Of a DNA stretch of 35,984 bases, positions 1-9,256 are shown one piece after another. The notes below the pieces were generated by a model. It did not search any database and was not told where the DNA came from. It saw only the letters and a program-made list of their open reading frames with translations. Every line of letters starts with the position of its first letter. Position 1 is the first letter of the stretch. Source of the DNA: a phage; the sequence record PX516787.1, one strand, 5' to 3'. The position numbers and the translations under genes are program-made.

Positions 1-1779
1 CTATCCAGGCACTTTCTGGATACAGGCCCAACATTAATCATGCACAACGGCGCAACCTTTGACTTTGAAGCACTGAGGTTCCTTGGCTACGACGTTTCAA
101 AATGTACCTTAATTGATACTTTGTTTATCAGTTGGTATCTGCAACCTCGTCGTGTTAAGCACGGCTTAGAAGGTTACGGCGAAGAGTTTGGTGTGCCAAA
201 ACCAGTCATTGATGATTGGGAAAATCAAACTCAAGAAGAATACAACCATCGTGTGATGGAAGACTGCAAGATTCAGTTGAAGCTGTGGGAACAGCAATAC
301 ATTCAACTCTTGAAGATTTATAAATCTCCTAGCGAAGTTAAGCGCTTCATTGAATACCTGATGACAAAAGCTCGTCAACAGGTTATTCAACAACGTACTC
401 GCTGGAAGCTGAACATTGAGAAGGCATTGGCATTTAAGGCCAAGCTGGAGCCAATGATTAAAGAGAAGACGGACGCATTGGAAGCATCAATGCCACGTAT
501 TCCAGAATATGTTATCAAAACCCGTCCAGCTAAATGCCACAAGTTGAACGGACAATTATCTTCCGCTGGCATCAAGTGGAAAGCTATTTGTGATGCAAAC
601 GGTTTGGACTGGAAAGACCCAGACCTGGCTATCAAGGTTCTTAAAGGTTATAAGAATCCTAACGCTGGTTCTCATGTGCAAATTAAAGACTGGTTGTTCA
701 GCTTAGGTTGGGAACCGGAAACCTTTAAGTTTGACCGTAACAAGGAAACAGGTGAAACTCGCCAGATTCCACAAATCACTGTGAAGGATGAAGATGGCAA
801 TCCTGAAATATGTCCGAGCTTGCATAAGCTGGCGGAAAGAAACCCCGACTCTGGTATTCAACATCTTATTGGGATGGGCGTGTATAAACACCGTCTGTCT
901 GTTGTTAATGGCTTCCTTCGCGACGTCGATGAAGATGGGTTCCTTACTGCACGATGCGGTGGCCTTACCAATACTTTACGCCTTAAACATCGCGAACTTG
1001 TTAACCTCCCTTCTATTCGTGTATTTGGCGGTGAAGAACTGCGTTCAATGTTGGAAGCGTGGCGCGAAGACTACGAACAGCTAGGCTCTGACTTGTGTTC
1101 TCTGGAAGACCGTTGTAAACACCACTTCCAGTGGATGTATGACCCTGAATACGTTAAGAAGCAGTTGGCACCAGACTATGATGCTCACCTTGCAATCGGC
1201 GTAATTGGTGGATTTATTACTGAACAAGAGTCTCAGGACCACAAGGACGGAATTAAGAAGTGTAAACAACGTCCAATGTTTAAGACTACAAACTATGCTT
1301 GTCAGTATGGTGCTGGTGTGCCGACTGTAGCTCGTTCTGCTGGCTGTGACCAGACTACTGCTGCACGACTGCATAAAGCATATTGGGACTTGAACTGGTC
1401 TATTAAAGAGATTGCTGCAAACACCAAAGTTATCACAGTCGACGGTCAGATGTGGCAACAGAATCCAGTAAACAAATTCTGGTATTCATTGCGTACAGAG
1501 AAAGACCGCTTCTCCACATTGTGTCAGGGTACTGGTGCATATGTGTTTGATGTTTGGTGTAACAACATCATTGCAATTTGTAATGAACGTTGGGGCTGTG
1601 ACCCACTTCTGTCCGGGCAATTCCACGATGAATTGATTCTCCAAGTTAAGAAAGGTTTCCGCGATTTGTGGACGGACTTGCTTAATGAGGCAATGGACCG
1701 AACCAACAAAGAACTTAAACTTAACCGCGATTGTGCATGTGATGTACAGTTCGGTGATAACTACGCGGAGATTCACTAA
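1..1779 (+). CDS. DNA polymerase, family A (Pol I / T7 gp5-like), 5'-truncated by the window edge
   Basis: The reading frame is open from nt 1 with no stop before the listed ATG at 40, so the gene continues upstream. IMHNGATFDFEAL resembles the Exo II motif of the PolA 3'-5' exonuclease domain; KTTNYACQYGAG resembles PolA motif B; QFHDELIL resembles motif C (HDE). Confidence 0.85.
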   Translation, partial: LSRHFLDTGPTLIMHNGATFDFEALRFLGYDVSKCTLIDTLFISWYLQPRRVKHGLEGYGEEFGVPKPVIDDWENQTQEEYNHRVMEDCKIQLKLWEQQYIQLLKIYKSPSEVKRFIEYLMTKARQQVIQQRTRWKLNIEKALAFKAKLEPMIKEKTDALEASMPRIPEYVIKTRPAKCHKLNGQLSSAGIKWKAICDANGLDWKDPDLAIKVLKGYKNPNAGSHVQIKDWLFSLGWEPETFKFDRNKETGETRQIPQITVKDEDGNPEICPSLHKLAERNPDSGIQHLIGMGVYKHRLSVVNGFLRDVDEDGFLTARCGGLTNTLRLKHRELVNLPSIRVFGGEELRSMLEAWREDYEQLGSDLCSLEDRCKHHFQWMYDPEYVKKQLAPDYDAHLAIGVIGGFITEQESQDHKDGIKKCKQRPMFKTTNYACQYGAGVPTVARSAGCDQTTAARLHKAYWDLNWSIKEIAANTKVITVDGQMWQQNPVNKFWYSLRTEKDRFSTLCQGTGAYVFDVWCNNIIAICNERWGCDPLLSGQFHDELILQVKKGFRDLWTDLLNEAMDRTNKELKLNRDCACDVQFGDNYAEIH

Positions 1780-2024
1780 TGCGTGTTTTAGCCTTGTACG
1801 ACAAACAACAAATGGAACTTTACCAGGCGGCTGGAGATATTCCGGCCACAGAACTGGCGGTGTCTGCAATTGAGATGCACGCCTCGGCATTATTTGGAAG
1901 TGATTATCAGGGCGATATTACCTATGAAGGTGCCCTGAAAGCACTAAAGGAATCGAAAGATTTCGCAGTAACACAATCTATCCTGTCCGACCTGGACATT
2001 GACTCTCACATTATTGAAATTTAA
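1779..2024 (+). CDS. hypothetical small acidic protein
   Basis: 81-aa ORF whose ATG overlaps the polymerase stop (TAATG). No recognisable motif. Confidence 0.4.
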   Translation: MRVLALYDKQQMELYQAAGDIPATELAVSAIEMHASALFGSDYQGDITYEGALKALKESKDFAVTQSILSDLDIDSHIIEI

Positions 2025-2035
2025 AGGTACTCAAA

Positions 2036-2899
2036 ATGGCATTTGCTGCTCCTACCCTGGCCTCGAACAAGACTCCTTCTGCTGCACCATTACTGGAAGC
2101 GGGTGGTTATCCTGCTCGTGTTTGCCGTATTATCGACCTGGGCTTACAGCCTGGTTCTGCTAAATATCCTACTCCGTCTCTGAAACTTCTGGTTACTTTC
2201 GAACTGCTCGATGAGTACATGAAAGAAGTTGACAGTGAAGGTAAAATGGTCATGGTTCAAGACCCAGACGAAGATGACGGCATCATGATGGCGAAGAATC
2301 TTGAAGACAAGCCACGTTGGTTTGACTTTGAGTTTACCTATAATGCTGACGGCTTCATGGGTGAGAACTCCCACATCTACAAATTCGCTAAGGCGATTGA
2401 TGCACTGGAAGTTAAACCTAATCTGGAACAAGGCATTCAGGGCCATCCTGCCAAGAACCTGCCAGACTGGTTGGGCGAACCTCTGATTGTTGGCATTGTT
2501 CAATATACCAAGCAGTCAGGCAAGAATGCTGGCCAGGTTGCGAACAAAGTTGCTACCTTCTCCCCGATGAAGTCTAAGGAGAAGAAAGAGGCTAAAGCTC
2601 TGGTTAACCCGACTGTCTTCTTCGACATGTCTGAGCCGGACCTGGAAGTATTCAACAAACTGCCAGGTGGCGAATCCCCGTATGCAATCAAGAACCGTAT
2701 CACTTCTGGTGTTGATTTCTACAAGACTAAGCTGTCTGCACTGTTAGGCGGTAAACCTGCTGATGAAGGTACTGTACCTAATCAGGCTTCTGATGAAGAA
2801 GTTGATGCAGCCATGAAAGCTGAACTGGAAGCACAGGCTGCTGCAAAAGCACAGCGTGAAGCCGAAGGTGGTGCAAGCACGTCTGCTATGCCGTTCTAA
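2036..2899 (+). CDS. putative single-stranded DNA-binding protein (gp2.5-like)
   Basis: 287 aa, sits between the polymerase and the exonuclease. Acidic C-terminal tail (DEEVDAAMKAELE) ending in ...MPF, reminiscent of the acidic Phe-terminated tails of phage and bacterial SSBs. AAAGG Shine-Dalgarno 8 nt upstream. The call is positional and compositional only. Confidence 0.45.
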   Translation: MAFAAPTLASNKTPSAAPLLEAGGYPARVCRIIDLGLQPGSAKYPTPSLKLLVTFELLDEYMKEVDSEGKMVMVQDPDEDDGIMMAKNLEDKPRWFDFEFTYNADGFMGENSHIYKFAKAIDALEVKPNLEQGIQGHPAKNLPDWLGEPLIVGIVQYTKQSGKNAGQVANKVATFSPMKSKEKKEAKALVNPTVFFDMSEPDLEVFNKLPGGESPYAIKNRITSGVDFYKTKLSALLGGKPADEGTVPNQASDEEVDAAMKAELEAQAAAKAQREAEGGASTSAMPF

Positions 2900-2909
2900 T
2901 TATAAATAT

Positions 2910-2933
2910 GGCTCCTTCGGGAGCCTTTAATTT
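2910..2933 (+). terminator. intrinsic-terminator-like hairpin (GGCTCC-TTCG-GGAGCC followed by TTTAATTT)
   Basis: Perfect 6-bp GC stem with a TTCG tetraloop, followed by a T-rich tract, 11 nt after the stop of the SSB-like gene. Confidence 0.5.
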
Positions 2934-2946
2934 GGAGCTTACCAAA

Positions 2947-3969
2947 GTGAGTAAGAAACGAGTTTTGTTGCTGGTTGACGGCGACATGGTTGCATTCAGT
3001 CACTGTGCTGCTGAGGAATACGGCAAAGATTCAGAAGATATTAACTTTGCTAAGATTCAAATGTCAATGGATTCCAAGATGGAATTCCTTGCGAAACGCG
3101 TGGGAGCTACAGAAGTAGTCACCTGCATTTCACCATCCAAAACATTCCGTAATGTTCTTGCCGAGAATTACAAAGGCAATCGTGATGACGTGTGGCGACC
3201 AGAAAACTTAAAGAATGCGAAAGCACATCTTATGGTTGCCTGGAATGGCGTATGGATGAAGGGTCTGGAAGCAGATGACCTTCTTGCTGTATTCGCACGT
3301 CATGAATACGAAATGACAATGGGCAAACGTAATGAGATTAAGAGCCTCAAGCGCATTGGTCCTTGCACATATGATGAAGTCTGGATTGCGTCGCTGGACA
3401 AAGACTTGCGACAAATCGGGCAGAATGGTGGTGCTGGTCCGGTAATTAAACATTACCAATGGGAACGAGAAACCCAGGGTATTGGTGAGAAGGTTGTAAC
3501 TCCGCAGGATTACGGCGAACTCAAATTAATCATCAAGGACAATGGCAAATCGAAGAAGAAAGAAGTTAAAGGCAATGGCCCTAAATTCTTCTTGCATCAA
3601 TTGCTTATTGGCGACTCAACGGATAACGTTATGGGTTGCGGAGTTCTTGAAGAAAGAATCTACAAAACTGGTGCCAAAGCTGGAGAAACTTATTTCCGTC
3701 GTGATGGTATTGGTGCAGTTGCTTCATTCGAAATGCTGGATGGTACAACCTCCTATGCAGAAGGTTTGAAGAAAGTTATTGGTGCATACATTATGCGCTT
3801 CGGAGATGGTTGGGAACAAGAGCTACTCAAAGTGGGCCGTCTTGTTTACATGCACCATCAAATTGAAAAGGGTAATTGTGTTCGCTTGTGGCATTACAAG
3901 AACATTAACGAATACTTTGACCTTAAAGAGAATCGTATCCTCACTCAAGAAGAGTACCTCCAGAAATAA
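2947..3969 (+). CDS. 5'-3' exonuclease / flap endonuclease (T5 D15 / T7 gp6-like)
   Basis: VLLLVDGDMVAF matches the N-terminal acidic motif of FEN / 5'-3' exonucleases. The ORF track starts at ATG 2908, but that ATG lies inside the upstream hairpin and has no SD; the in-frame GTG at 2947 has GGAG 9 nt upstream, so it is preferred. Confidence 0.75.
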   Translation: MSKKRVLLLVDGDMVAFSHCAAEEYGKDSEDINFAKIQMSMDSKMEFLAKRVGATEVVTCISPSKTFRNVLAENYKGNRDDVWRPENLKNAKAHLMVAWNGVWMKGLEADDLLAVFARHEYEMTMGKRNEIKSLKRIGPCTYDEVWIASLDKDLRQIGQNGGAGPVIKHYQWERETQGIGEKVVTPQDYGELKLIIKDNGKSKKKEVKGNGPKFFLHQLLIGDSTDNVMGCGVLEERIYKTGAKAGETYFRRDGIGAVASFEMLDGTTSYAEGLKKVIGAYIMRFGDGWEQELLKVGRLVYMHHQIEKGNCVRLWHYKNINEYFDLKENRILTQEEYLQK

Positions 3970-3980
3970 TTGGAGTTGGA

Positions 3981-4505
3981 ATGGCTTACGGTTATTGTGG
4001 AACGGAAGCCAAGTTTGTATCTTGGCTCCAATCTGCTATTCGAAGTGTTTGGTCTAAACACCCAAGCAAACTCGCGCTGATACAATCTCGACGCATTGCA
4101 TTGAAGGTCGGTGACTCAAAGAAACCAATCTTCCACATTCAATGCTACCATTGCAAGAAGTTGTATAAGCTCAAAGAGATTGAAGTAAACCACAAAGTTC
4201 AGGTTGGTGGCCTTCTTAAGTTGGAAGACCTGCACCGCTTTGTGGACAACCTTTTACTGGTTCAGCCAGAAGATTTGGAATTGCTGTGTAAAGATTGTCA
4301 CGGCATTATTACATACATGGAACGATATGGTGTATCACGACGTGATGCAGTCATTGAGAAGAAGTGTATTGCATTTGCCAAATTGTCTGACGAAGAGCAA
4401 ATTGCCAAGTGCAATCTTGCTAAAATAGAGCCAGTTCCTAAAACCAAAATCGGACGCAAGAATGCTGTTCGAGAATACCTGAGAAAGAATCTTAATGTCT
4501 ATTAA
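3981..4505 (+). CDS. HNH endonuclease (zinc-binding)
   Basis: CYHCKK ... EVNHK ... CKDCHG: paired CxxC zinc ligands flanking an H-N-H core. GGAG 5 nt upstream of the ATG. Confidence 0.7.
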   Translation: MAYGYCGTEAKFVSWLQSAIRSVWSKHPSKLALIQSRRIALKVGDSKKPIFHIQCYHCKKLYKLKEIEVNHKVQVGGLLKLEDLHRFVDNLLLVQPEDLELLCKDCHGIITYMERYGVSRRDAVIEKKCIAFAKLSDEEQIAKCNLAKIEPVPKTKIGRKNAVREYLRKNLNVY

Positions 4506-5250
4506 GCTCCTCGATGATGGTACAAGATACACAAAGGCTCACGCACATGATTGGGAAGACCCAGACTGCCGTATCAAAGGGCGCTGTGAACTCTTCATCA
4601 AGATTGACGGAATTCGAGCTATCCGTAATAAATCAGGTAGTGTCTGGAGTCGTAATTCCAAACCCCTACCTCATTTGGACCACTTACAGTTCAGAGATGC
4701 TGAAATATTCCGTAATAGTTGGAATGAGACTTCTAGCATCCTCGGACGTATTGACCCGCCAAGCATTCCTCTAACCCAGGACAATGTGTATGAGTTGAGC
4801 GATGGTGCTGTTGACCCACGCTTGTACATCGGCTGGTGCAAAGACCCAAGCAATGAAAACCTTAAGGCATTGATGGATAAATATCTGGCGCTTGGTCATG
4901 AAGGTATCATTGTCCGTGATGCAAAAGGTAAATGGTGGAAGATTGTACCATATAAATATGCCGATGTGAAGATTACTGGTATGAAAGAAGGTACTGGTGC
5001 TCTTAAAGGTATGTGTGGCTCTATCTCCTCGAACTACGGCAGTGCTGGCTCAATGGTGAAAGATTGTCTGGCAGACCACGGTATTCCAGAATCTAACACA
5101 TTGATTCGTAAGTGGTTGTGGGAACATCGCCACGAGCTAATTGGTTCGATTATGCAAGTTCGATATCGTGAGAAGACAGAAGCTGGTAAGTTCCGGTTCC
5201 CGTCACTCGTTCGTTTACGTGCAGACAAAAGTGAGGAAAGTTTTGATTAA
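4495..5250 (+). CDS. ATP-dependent DNA ligase, compact (251 aa)
   Basis: Nucleotidyltransferase motif I KIDGIR (KxDG); motif IV-like HEGIIVRD; motif V-like GKWWKIVP; C-terminal FRFPSLVRLRADK resembles ligase motif VI in the OB domain. Confidence 0.85.
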   Translation: MSIKLLDDGTRYTKAHAHDWEDPDCRIKGRCELFIKIDGIRAIRNKSGSVWSRNSKPLPHLDHLQFRDAEIFRNSWNETSSILGRIDPPSIPLTQDNVYELSDGAVDPRLYIGWCKDPSNENLKALMDKYLALGHEGIIVRDAKGKWWKIVPYKYADVKITGMKEGTGALKGMCGSISSNYGSAGSMVKDCLADHGIPESNTLIRKWLWEHRHELIGSIMQVRYREKTEAGKFRFPSLVRLRADKSEESFD

Positions 5251-5869
5251 GCGATTAGCTGTTATTCTCAATGGACCTCCTGGCTGCGGTAAAGACACCA
5301 TCGCAAATAAGATTGTTGCTGCCGAGGAACCATACTTTCTCGGTAAGCGCAAGTTCATTAAACACCAGTTTAAGGATGCACTGTATGAGCATACTGCCAA
5401 ACACTTTCAAGTCGATGTGGACAAGTTTATTCACTACGCTTCGGACCGTGACCTCAAAGACTCTATCTCCCTTGCAGGTCTTGGTGGCAGAACACCTCGT
5501 CAGGCTCTTATTCACGTTAGTGAAGATGTGTATAAGCCTCGCTACGGACAAGACTACTTCGGTAAGGTTGAAGCTGCTCGTGTTGAAGAACTCGCGGGGC
5601 GTATGGGTGGCATTATTAATGTCATTTATCCCGATGGCGGTTTTGGTGATGAAGTCGTTGCCATTGAGTCTGCTTATGATTTTGTCCTCATTGTGCGTTT
5701 GCATCGTGATGGTTTTGATTTCACGGGCGATTCTCGCAGATACATCAACCTCCCAGACACACCTACCCGCGTAACAGTGGACGAACATTTAGTTGATGGT
5801 AAAGTGGGTGATTCTGTATTCAAAGTGTTCAACTGGATTGAACGCGTAACTTATCAAGTAGAGAAATAA
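5243..5869 (+). CDS. deoxynucleoside monophosphate kinase (T4 gp1-like P-loop kinase)
   Basis: Walker A NGPPGCGKDT, plus KDAL and R..RQAL segments resembling T4 gp1 dNMP kinase. The listed ATG at 5141 lies 110 nt inside the ligase gene; the in-frame TTG at 5243 with GAGGA 5 nt upstream (or GTG at 5231) is more plausible. Start is uncertain. Confidence 0.6.
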   Translation: MIKRLAVILNGPPGCGKDTIANKIVAAEEPYFLGKRKFIKHQFKDALYEHTAKHFQVDVDKFIHYASDRDLKDSISLAGLGGRTPRQALIHVSEDVYKPRYGQDYFGKVEAARVEELAGRMGGIINVIYPDGGFGDEVVAIESAYDFVLIVRLHRDGFDFTGDSRRYINLPDTPTRVTVDEHLVDGKVGDSVFKVFNWIERVTYQVEK

Positions 5870-5871
5870 TC

Positions 5872-6393
5872 ATGTCTTGTATGACCCAAGTTGTTGCTGT
5901 AAAGCGAGTGCATCCTAATGCGAAATTACCTGTGTACGCTACTGTTGGCGCTGCTGCTGCTGACGTTTGCACTATCTCCGATAGCACTGTTGTTATCAAT
6001 CCCGGCTGCTCTGCTGTTTTCGATACTGGCCTCCAGTTCGAGGTTCCAGTTGGATACGAACTCAAAGTATATAGCCGTTCTGGTCATGGCTTTAAGTCTG
6101 GCATTCGCCTGGCAAACTGCACAGGAATTCTGGACTCCGATTATCGTGGCAATCTTATGGTTAAGTTGCACAATGACTCGGACACAGCCTTTGTGGTTCA
6201 GCCAGGTGAACGTATTTGTCAAGTGCAAGTTAGTAAAGCTACTCAACACCATTTCGTTGAAGTTGACCGCTTGAATGCAACTGGTCGTGGTGAAGGTGGA
6301 TTTGGCTCAACTGGTCGTGTGGAACTTGGTCAACACGAAAGACCGCATATTCCAGAAGGCTTGACAGTCCACAATCACAGCATTACCAAGTAG
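5872..6393 (+). CDS. dut: dUTP diphosphatase (dUTPase)
   Basis: The five dUTPase motifs are all visible: GAAAADV, YSRSGHG, GILDSDYRGNLMV, GERICQVQV and RGEGGFGSTGR. Confidence 0.9.
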   Translation: MSCMTQVVAVKRVHPNAKLPVYATVGAAAADVCTISDSTVVINPGCSAVFDTGLQFEVPVGYELKVYSRSGHGFKSGIRLANCTGILDSDYRGNLMVKLHNDSDTAFVVQPGERICQVQVSKATQHHFVEVDRLNATGRGEGGFGSTGRVELGQHERPHIPEGLTVHNHSITK

Positions 6394-6432
6394 TATTCGA
6401 CATTCTCAGTAACCGATTGGAACCTATCTGAA

Positions 6433-6762
6433 ATGAAACTGTCCTCACCTGTTGTAGTAAATAACCGCAAAGTTAAATTTGCATATCTCAAGTCTAATGT
6501 CACCTCAACTGGTGGCGGGACTTATCTCACCCGTGCACTTGCAGTTCGCAACGAAACAGGTGCGGATGTTATCGTTTTCATGCTTCCTCATGGTGAAAAC
6601 ACAATCAAGAACGTCGAACGTATCAAGCGTGGGCGCGAAGATTTAATGTCGGCTGTCAAGCCGCTGATACTGCCATTTAAGATTGTGGTGGTTGTTGGTT
6701 CTACCCAAGCGTATCTTGAAGATTTCTATAAAGATATGGCCTGGAGCGATATTAAATATTAA
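6433..6762 (+). CDS. hypothetical protein
   Basis: 109-aa ORF in the gene-dense + strand context. No recognisable motif. Confidence 0.45.
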   Translation: MKLSSPVVVNNRKVKFAYLKSNVTSTGGGTYLTRALAVRNETGADVIVFMLPHGENTIKNVERIKRGREDLMSAVKPLILPFKIVVVVGSTQAYLEDFYKDMAWSDIKY

Positions 6763-6779
6763 GCGACACGCATAATTAG

Positions 6780-6810
6780 GGAGGCTATCTGGCCTCCTAT
6801 CTTATTCGGA
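6780..6810 (+). terminator. terminator-like hairpin (GGAGGC-TATCTG-GCCTCC followed by TATCTTATT)
   Basis: 6-bp GC stem directly after the stop at 6762, nested within an outer GCGAC...GTCGC inverted repeat (6763-6767 / 6811-6815). The downstream T-tract is imperfect. Confidence 0.35.
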
Positions 6811-6817
6811 GTCGCTT

Positions 6818-7003
6818 ATGCGCACAATACAATGCCCCAACTGCCATTATGAAATTGCAGAAGATGATTTCATAACGCAGCAATGCCCTATCTGTGATTC
6901 ATACATGCCACTAAACCGCCTGTACTTAAAGGCCGATTCTGGTTTAGGCAGCATCATTCGCATCAATCCCGTGCAAACTCAGCCATTAGTGGATTGTGAT
7001 TAA
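6818..7003 (+). CDS. small zinc-ribbon protein
   Basis: 61 aa with CPNCHYE ... CPICDSY (two CxxC pairs). GGAG 6 nt upstream of the ATG. Confidence 0.5.
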   Translation: MRTIQCPNCHYEIAEDDFITQQCPICDSYMPLNRLYLKADSGLGSIIRINPVQTQPLVDCD

Positions 7004-7022
7004 AAACAAAGAGAACGAATCA

Positions 7023-9041
7023 ATGTCAAAGACTGATGACCTCGGACCGGAGTTTAATGATACAGTAGCCTCGTATCTTGCCAAGCACTACGGTGACGTA
7101 TTAAAAGTCTCAAGAGAAAGATTCTGTATTCTATCTTTGCCATTGCTCCGTCGATATATTTCAGAAAATACTGCAATAGTTGACAGCTATGAAGAACAAA
7201 TTCAAGCAGAGTTAGAAGGCCAGGGTCTTGAAAACGATGCTGTATTGCGTTCCGTTTTCAGAGCACAACTTGAGCGTCTTCGCTCTGGCGACAAGAAAGA
7301 CTCGACTGCCTATGCAGATGAGTTGAAGAAAGGTATTCAAGCAGGTGTTACTGACCGTGTTGCAGGTTCCACATTAGAGGAGCCAAACTCGGAGCATGAT
7401 AACACCGACGAACTTGTAGACAAGATTCTGCATGACCCACACAATGTGGACCCAACTGTAATCCCTGCCAAGGTTGCAGAACGTGTTCGCAAAATCTTGA
7501 TGAAAAGTTTCGAAGCCTTTGGTAAATGGCAGTTCCATATTCAGATGGGATTTCCATTTCAAGCACAGGACTTTCACGATGTAATATTCAGTGTTGGTCA
7601 AAAGGTTGTTGATGGCGAGATTGACCGCTTAATAGTGACCATTCCTCCACGACACTCTAAGACTCAGCTCATGAGTATTGCATTGCCCTTGTATTCATTT
7701 TGCCACAATGAATCAAGCCATAACATTATCACTTCGTATGCAGAAGACGTTGTTCTTGAATCGAGTGGTTACATCCGTGCTGTAATGATGGACCCACTGT
7801 TCCAACGCATATTCCCGAAGGTGAGAATCGACCCCAACAAACGTTCTCTTGAACGCTGGGGTACAACCAAAGCTGGAGTTATGCACGCAGTGCCTACTGG
7901 TGGTAAGCTAACTGGTAAAGGTGCTGGACTTCTTGTTGCAAAATACTCCGGCTGTTTCGTGGTGGATGACGTTATCAAGCCGAAAGATGCCTACTCTGAC
8001 ACAGTTCGAGCAGAAATCAACGACCGATTTGATAACACCTTCATGTCACGTCTCGCCAACGATGGTTGCATAACTGATTCGTACGGAAACCAAATTAAGT
8101 GTGCCCGTACACCAATGGTTATCATCATGCAGCGAGTTCATGACCAGGATTTAGTTGGTTATATACTCCGTGGTGGCTCTTCTGATAAATACCATTATCT
8201 CAATATCCCAGCGATTATTGAGAAAGGTGTCGGAAGTGCTGAATGGTATGATAAGTTAATCAAGAAGCAGAACTACACTCATGCTATTCCCATTCTGTAT
8301 AATTTGAACAGGAAGGAAGAGAAGTCTGCATTATGGCCTTCACGTAAGAGCTTAGAATCTCTGGAGGCAATGAAAGAGTCTAACCCATACACATACAATT
8401 CACAGTATGCTGGCGACCCATCTGCACAAGGCCATGGCCTTATCAAAGAAGATTGGTGGCAAGAGTATGAGCCAGACGTTTTCGACAGAAGTCGCATAGT
8501 CAGAAGTTTTATTACAGCGGATACGGCATCAACTGCCAAATCCTATTCTGATTATTCGGTCCTTAAGCATTGGGGCGTGACTAAAGAGCGTGACGTTTAT
8601 TGTTTAGATATTATGCTCGGTAAGTTTGAAACTCCAGAACTCAAGACTGCTATCATCGACTTCTGGAACAAATGCAACAAGTTGGACTTGAAATGCGTAG
8701 GTTGTATTCCTCGTGCATTGTACATGGAAGACAAGTCTGCCGGACAATTCTTGAACCAACAATTTATCAGAGATGGGAGTGTCCGAGTTTTACCATTGCC
8801 TCGTGATGGGATTAATGGTAATGACAAGGTAACTCGATTCCTTAACGCAATCCCATATTTCTCGCAAAAGAGAATATTCTTCCCTGCTGGTCATGAACAC
8901 ATTGACCACGTTAGACGTGAAATACTTGGATTCACTTCTTTGGGTAGTGGTACTGGACACGACGATTGTGTCGATAACGTTTCAGATATGGTTGCAATCG
9001 AATTCTCAGGCCCAAGTGCCAACTACTCCGCATGGATGTAA
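7023..9041 (+). CDS. terminase large subunit, with a long N-terminal extension
   Basis: Walker A-like PPRHSKTQ in the ATPase region; nuclease-domain motifs ITADTAS and GHDDCVDNVSDMVA. The listed ORF starts at GTG 6996; ATG 7023 (MSKTDD...) is preferred. The Walker A lies about 200 aa from the N-terminus. Confidence 0.8.
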   Translation: MSKTDDLGPEFNDTVASYLAKHYGDVLKVSRERFCILSLPLLRRYISENTAIVDSYEEQIQAELEGQGLENDAVLRSVFRAQLERLRSGDKKDSTAYADELKKGIQAGVTDRVAGSTLEEPNSEHDNTDELVDKILHDPHNVDPTVIPAKVAERVRKILMKSFEAFGKWQFHIQMGFPFQAQDFHDVIFSVGQKVVDGEIDRLIVTIPPRHSKTQLMSIALPLYSFCHNESSHNIITSYAEDVVLESSGYIRAVMMDPLFQRIFPKVRIDPNKRSLERWGTTKAGVMHAVPTGGKLTGKGAGLLVAKYSGCFVVDDVIKPKDAYSDTVRAEINDRFDNTFMSRLANDGCITDSYGNQIKCARTPMVIIMQRVHDQDLVGYILRGGSSDKYHYLNIPAIIEKGVGSAEWYDKLIKKQNYTHAIPILYNLNRKEEKSALWPSRKSLESLEAMKESNPYTYNSQYAGDPSAQGHGLIKEDWWQEYEPDVFDRSRIVRSFITADTASTAKSYSDYSVLKHWGVTKERDVYCLDIMLGKFETPELKTAIIDFWNKCNKLDLKCVGCIPRALYMEDKSAGQFLNQQFIRDGSVRVLPLPRDGINGNDKVTRFLNAIPYFSQKRIFFPAGHEHIDHVRREILGFTSLGSGTGHDDCVDNVSDMVAIEFSGPSANYSAWM

Positions 9042-9256
9042 ATATGGCGGTTATCACTCGTTTAGATGCCCGCTCACGCAAGAACAACTCCTTCCAGATT
9101 CAAGATTTGGAAGGAAACATTTTGTGTGTGATTGAGGCAGTTTCTACCACAGAGAGCGACTGTGTTAAGTTAAAGCACGAGTCAAATCTGCGACTCCACA
9201 CCTCCGACAACATTCAAATTGTTAAGGGTAATGGAACTATTCTAAGGAAGAAATAA
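9032..9256 (+). CDS. hypothetical small protein
   Basis: 74-aa ORF overlapping the terminase stop by 10 nt and ending at the portal start. No motif. Confidence 0.35.
   Translation: MDVNMAVITRLDARSRKNNSFQIQDLEGNILCVIEAVSTTESDCVKLKHESNLRLHTSDNIQIVKGNGTILRKK

Noticed and set aside
5141-5242. Listed ATG start of the kinase ORF at 5141, and the alternative-frame ORF 5271-5774
   Set aside because: The ATG at 5141 would overlap the ligase by 110 nt; an in-frame TTG or GTG with an SD at the ligase stop is more plausible. The 167-aa alternative-frame ORF has no motifs and lies inside the kinase gene.
4495-5869. Ligase plus kinase as a T4-like RNA-repair (Pnk / Rnl) pair countering anticodon nucleases
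   Set aside because: The ligase has a motif VI-like OB-domain terminus typical of DNA ligases, and the kinase matches T4 gp1 dNMP kinase (GKDT, KDAL) rather than polynucleotide kinase, so ordinary replication and nucleotide-metabolism roles are more likely.
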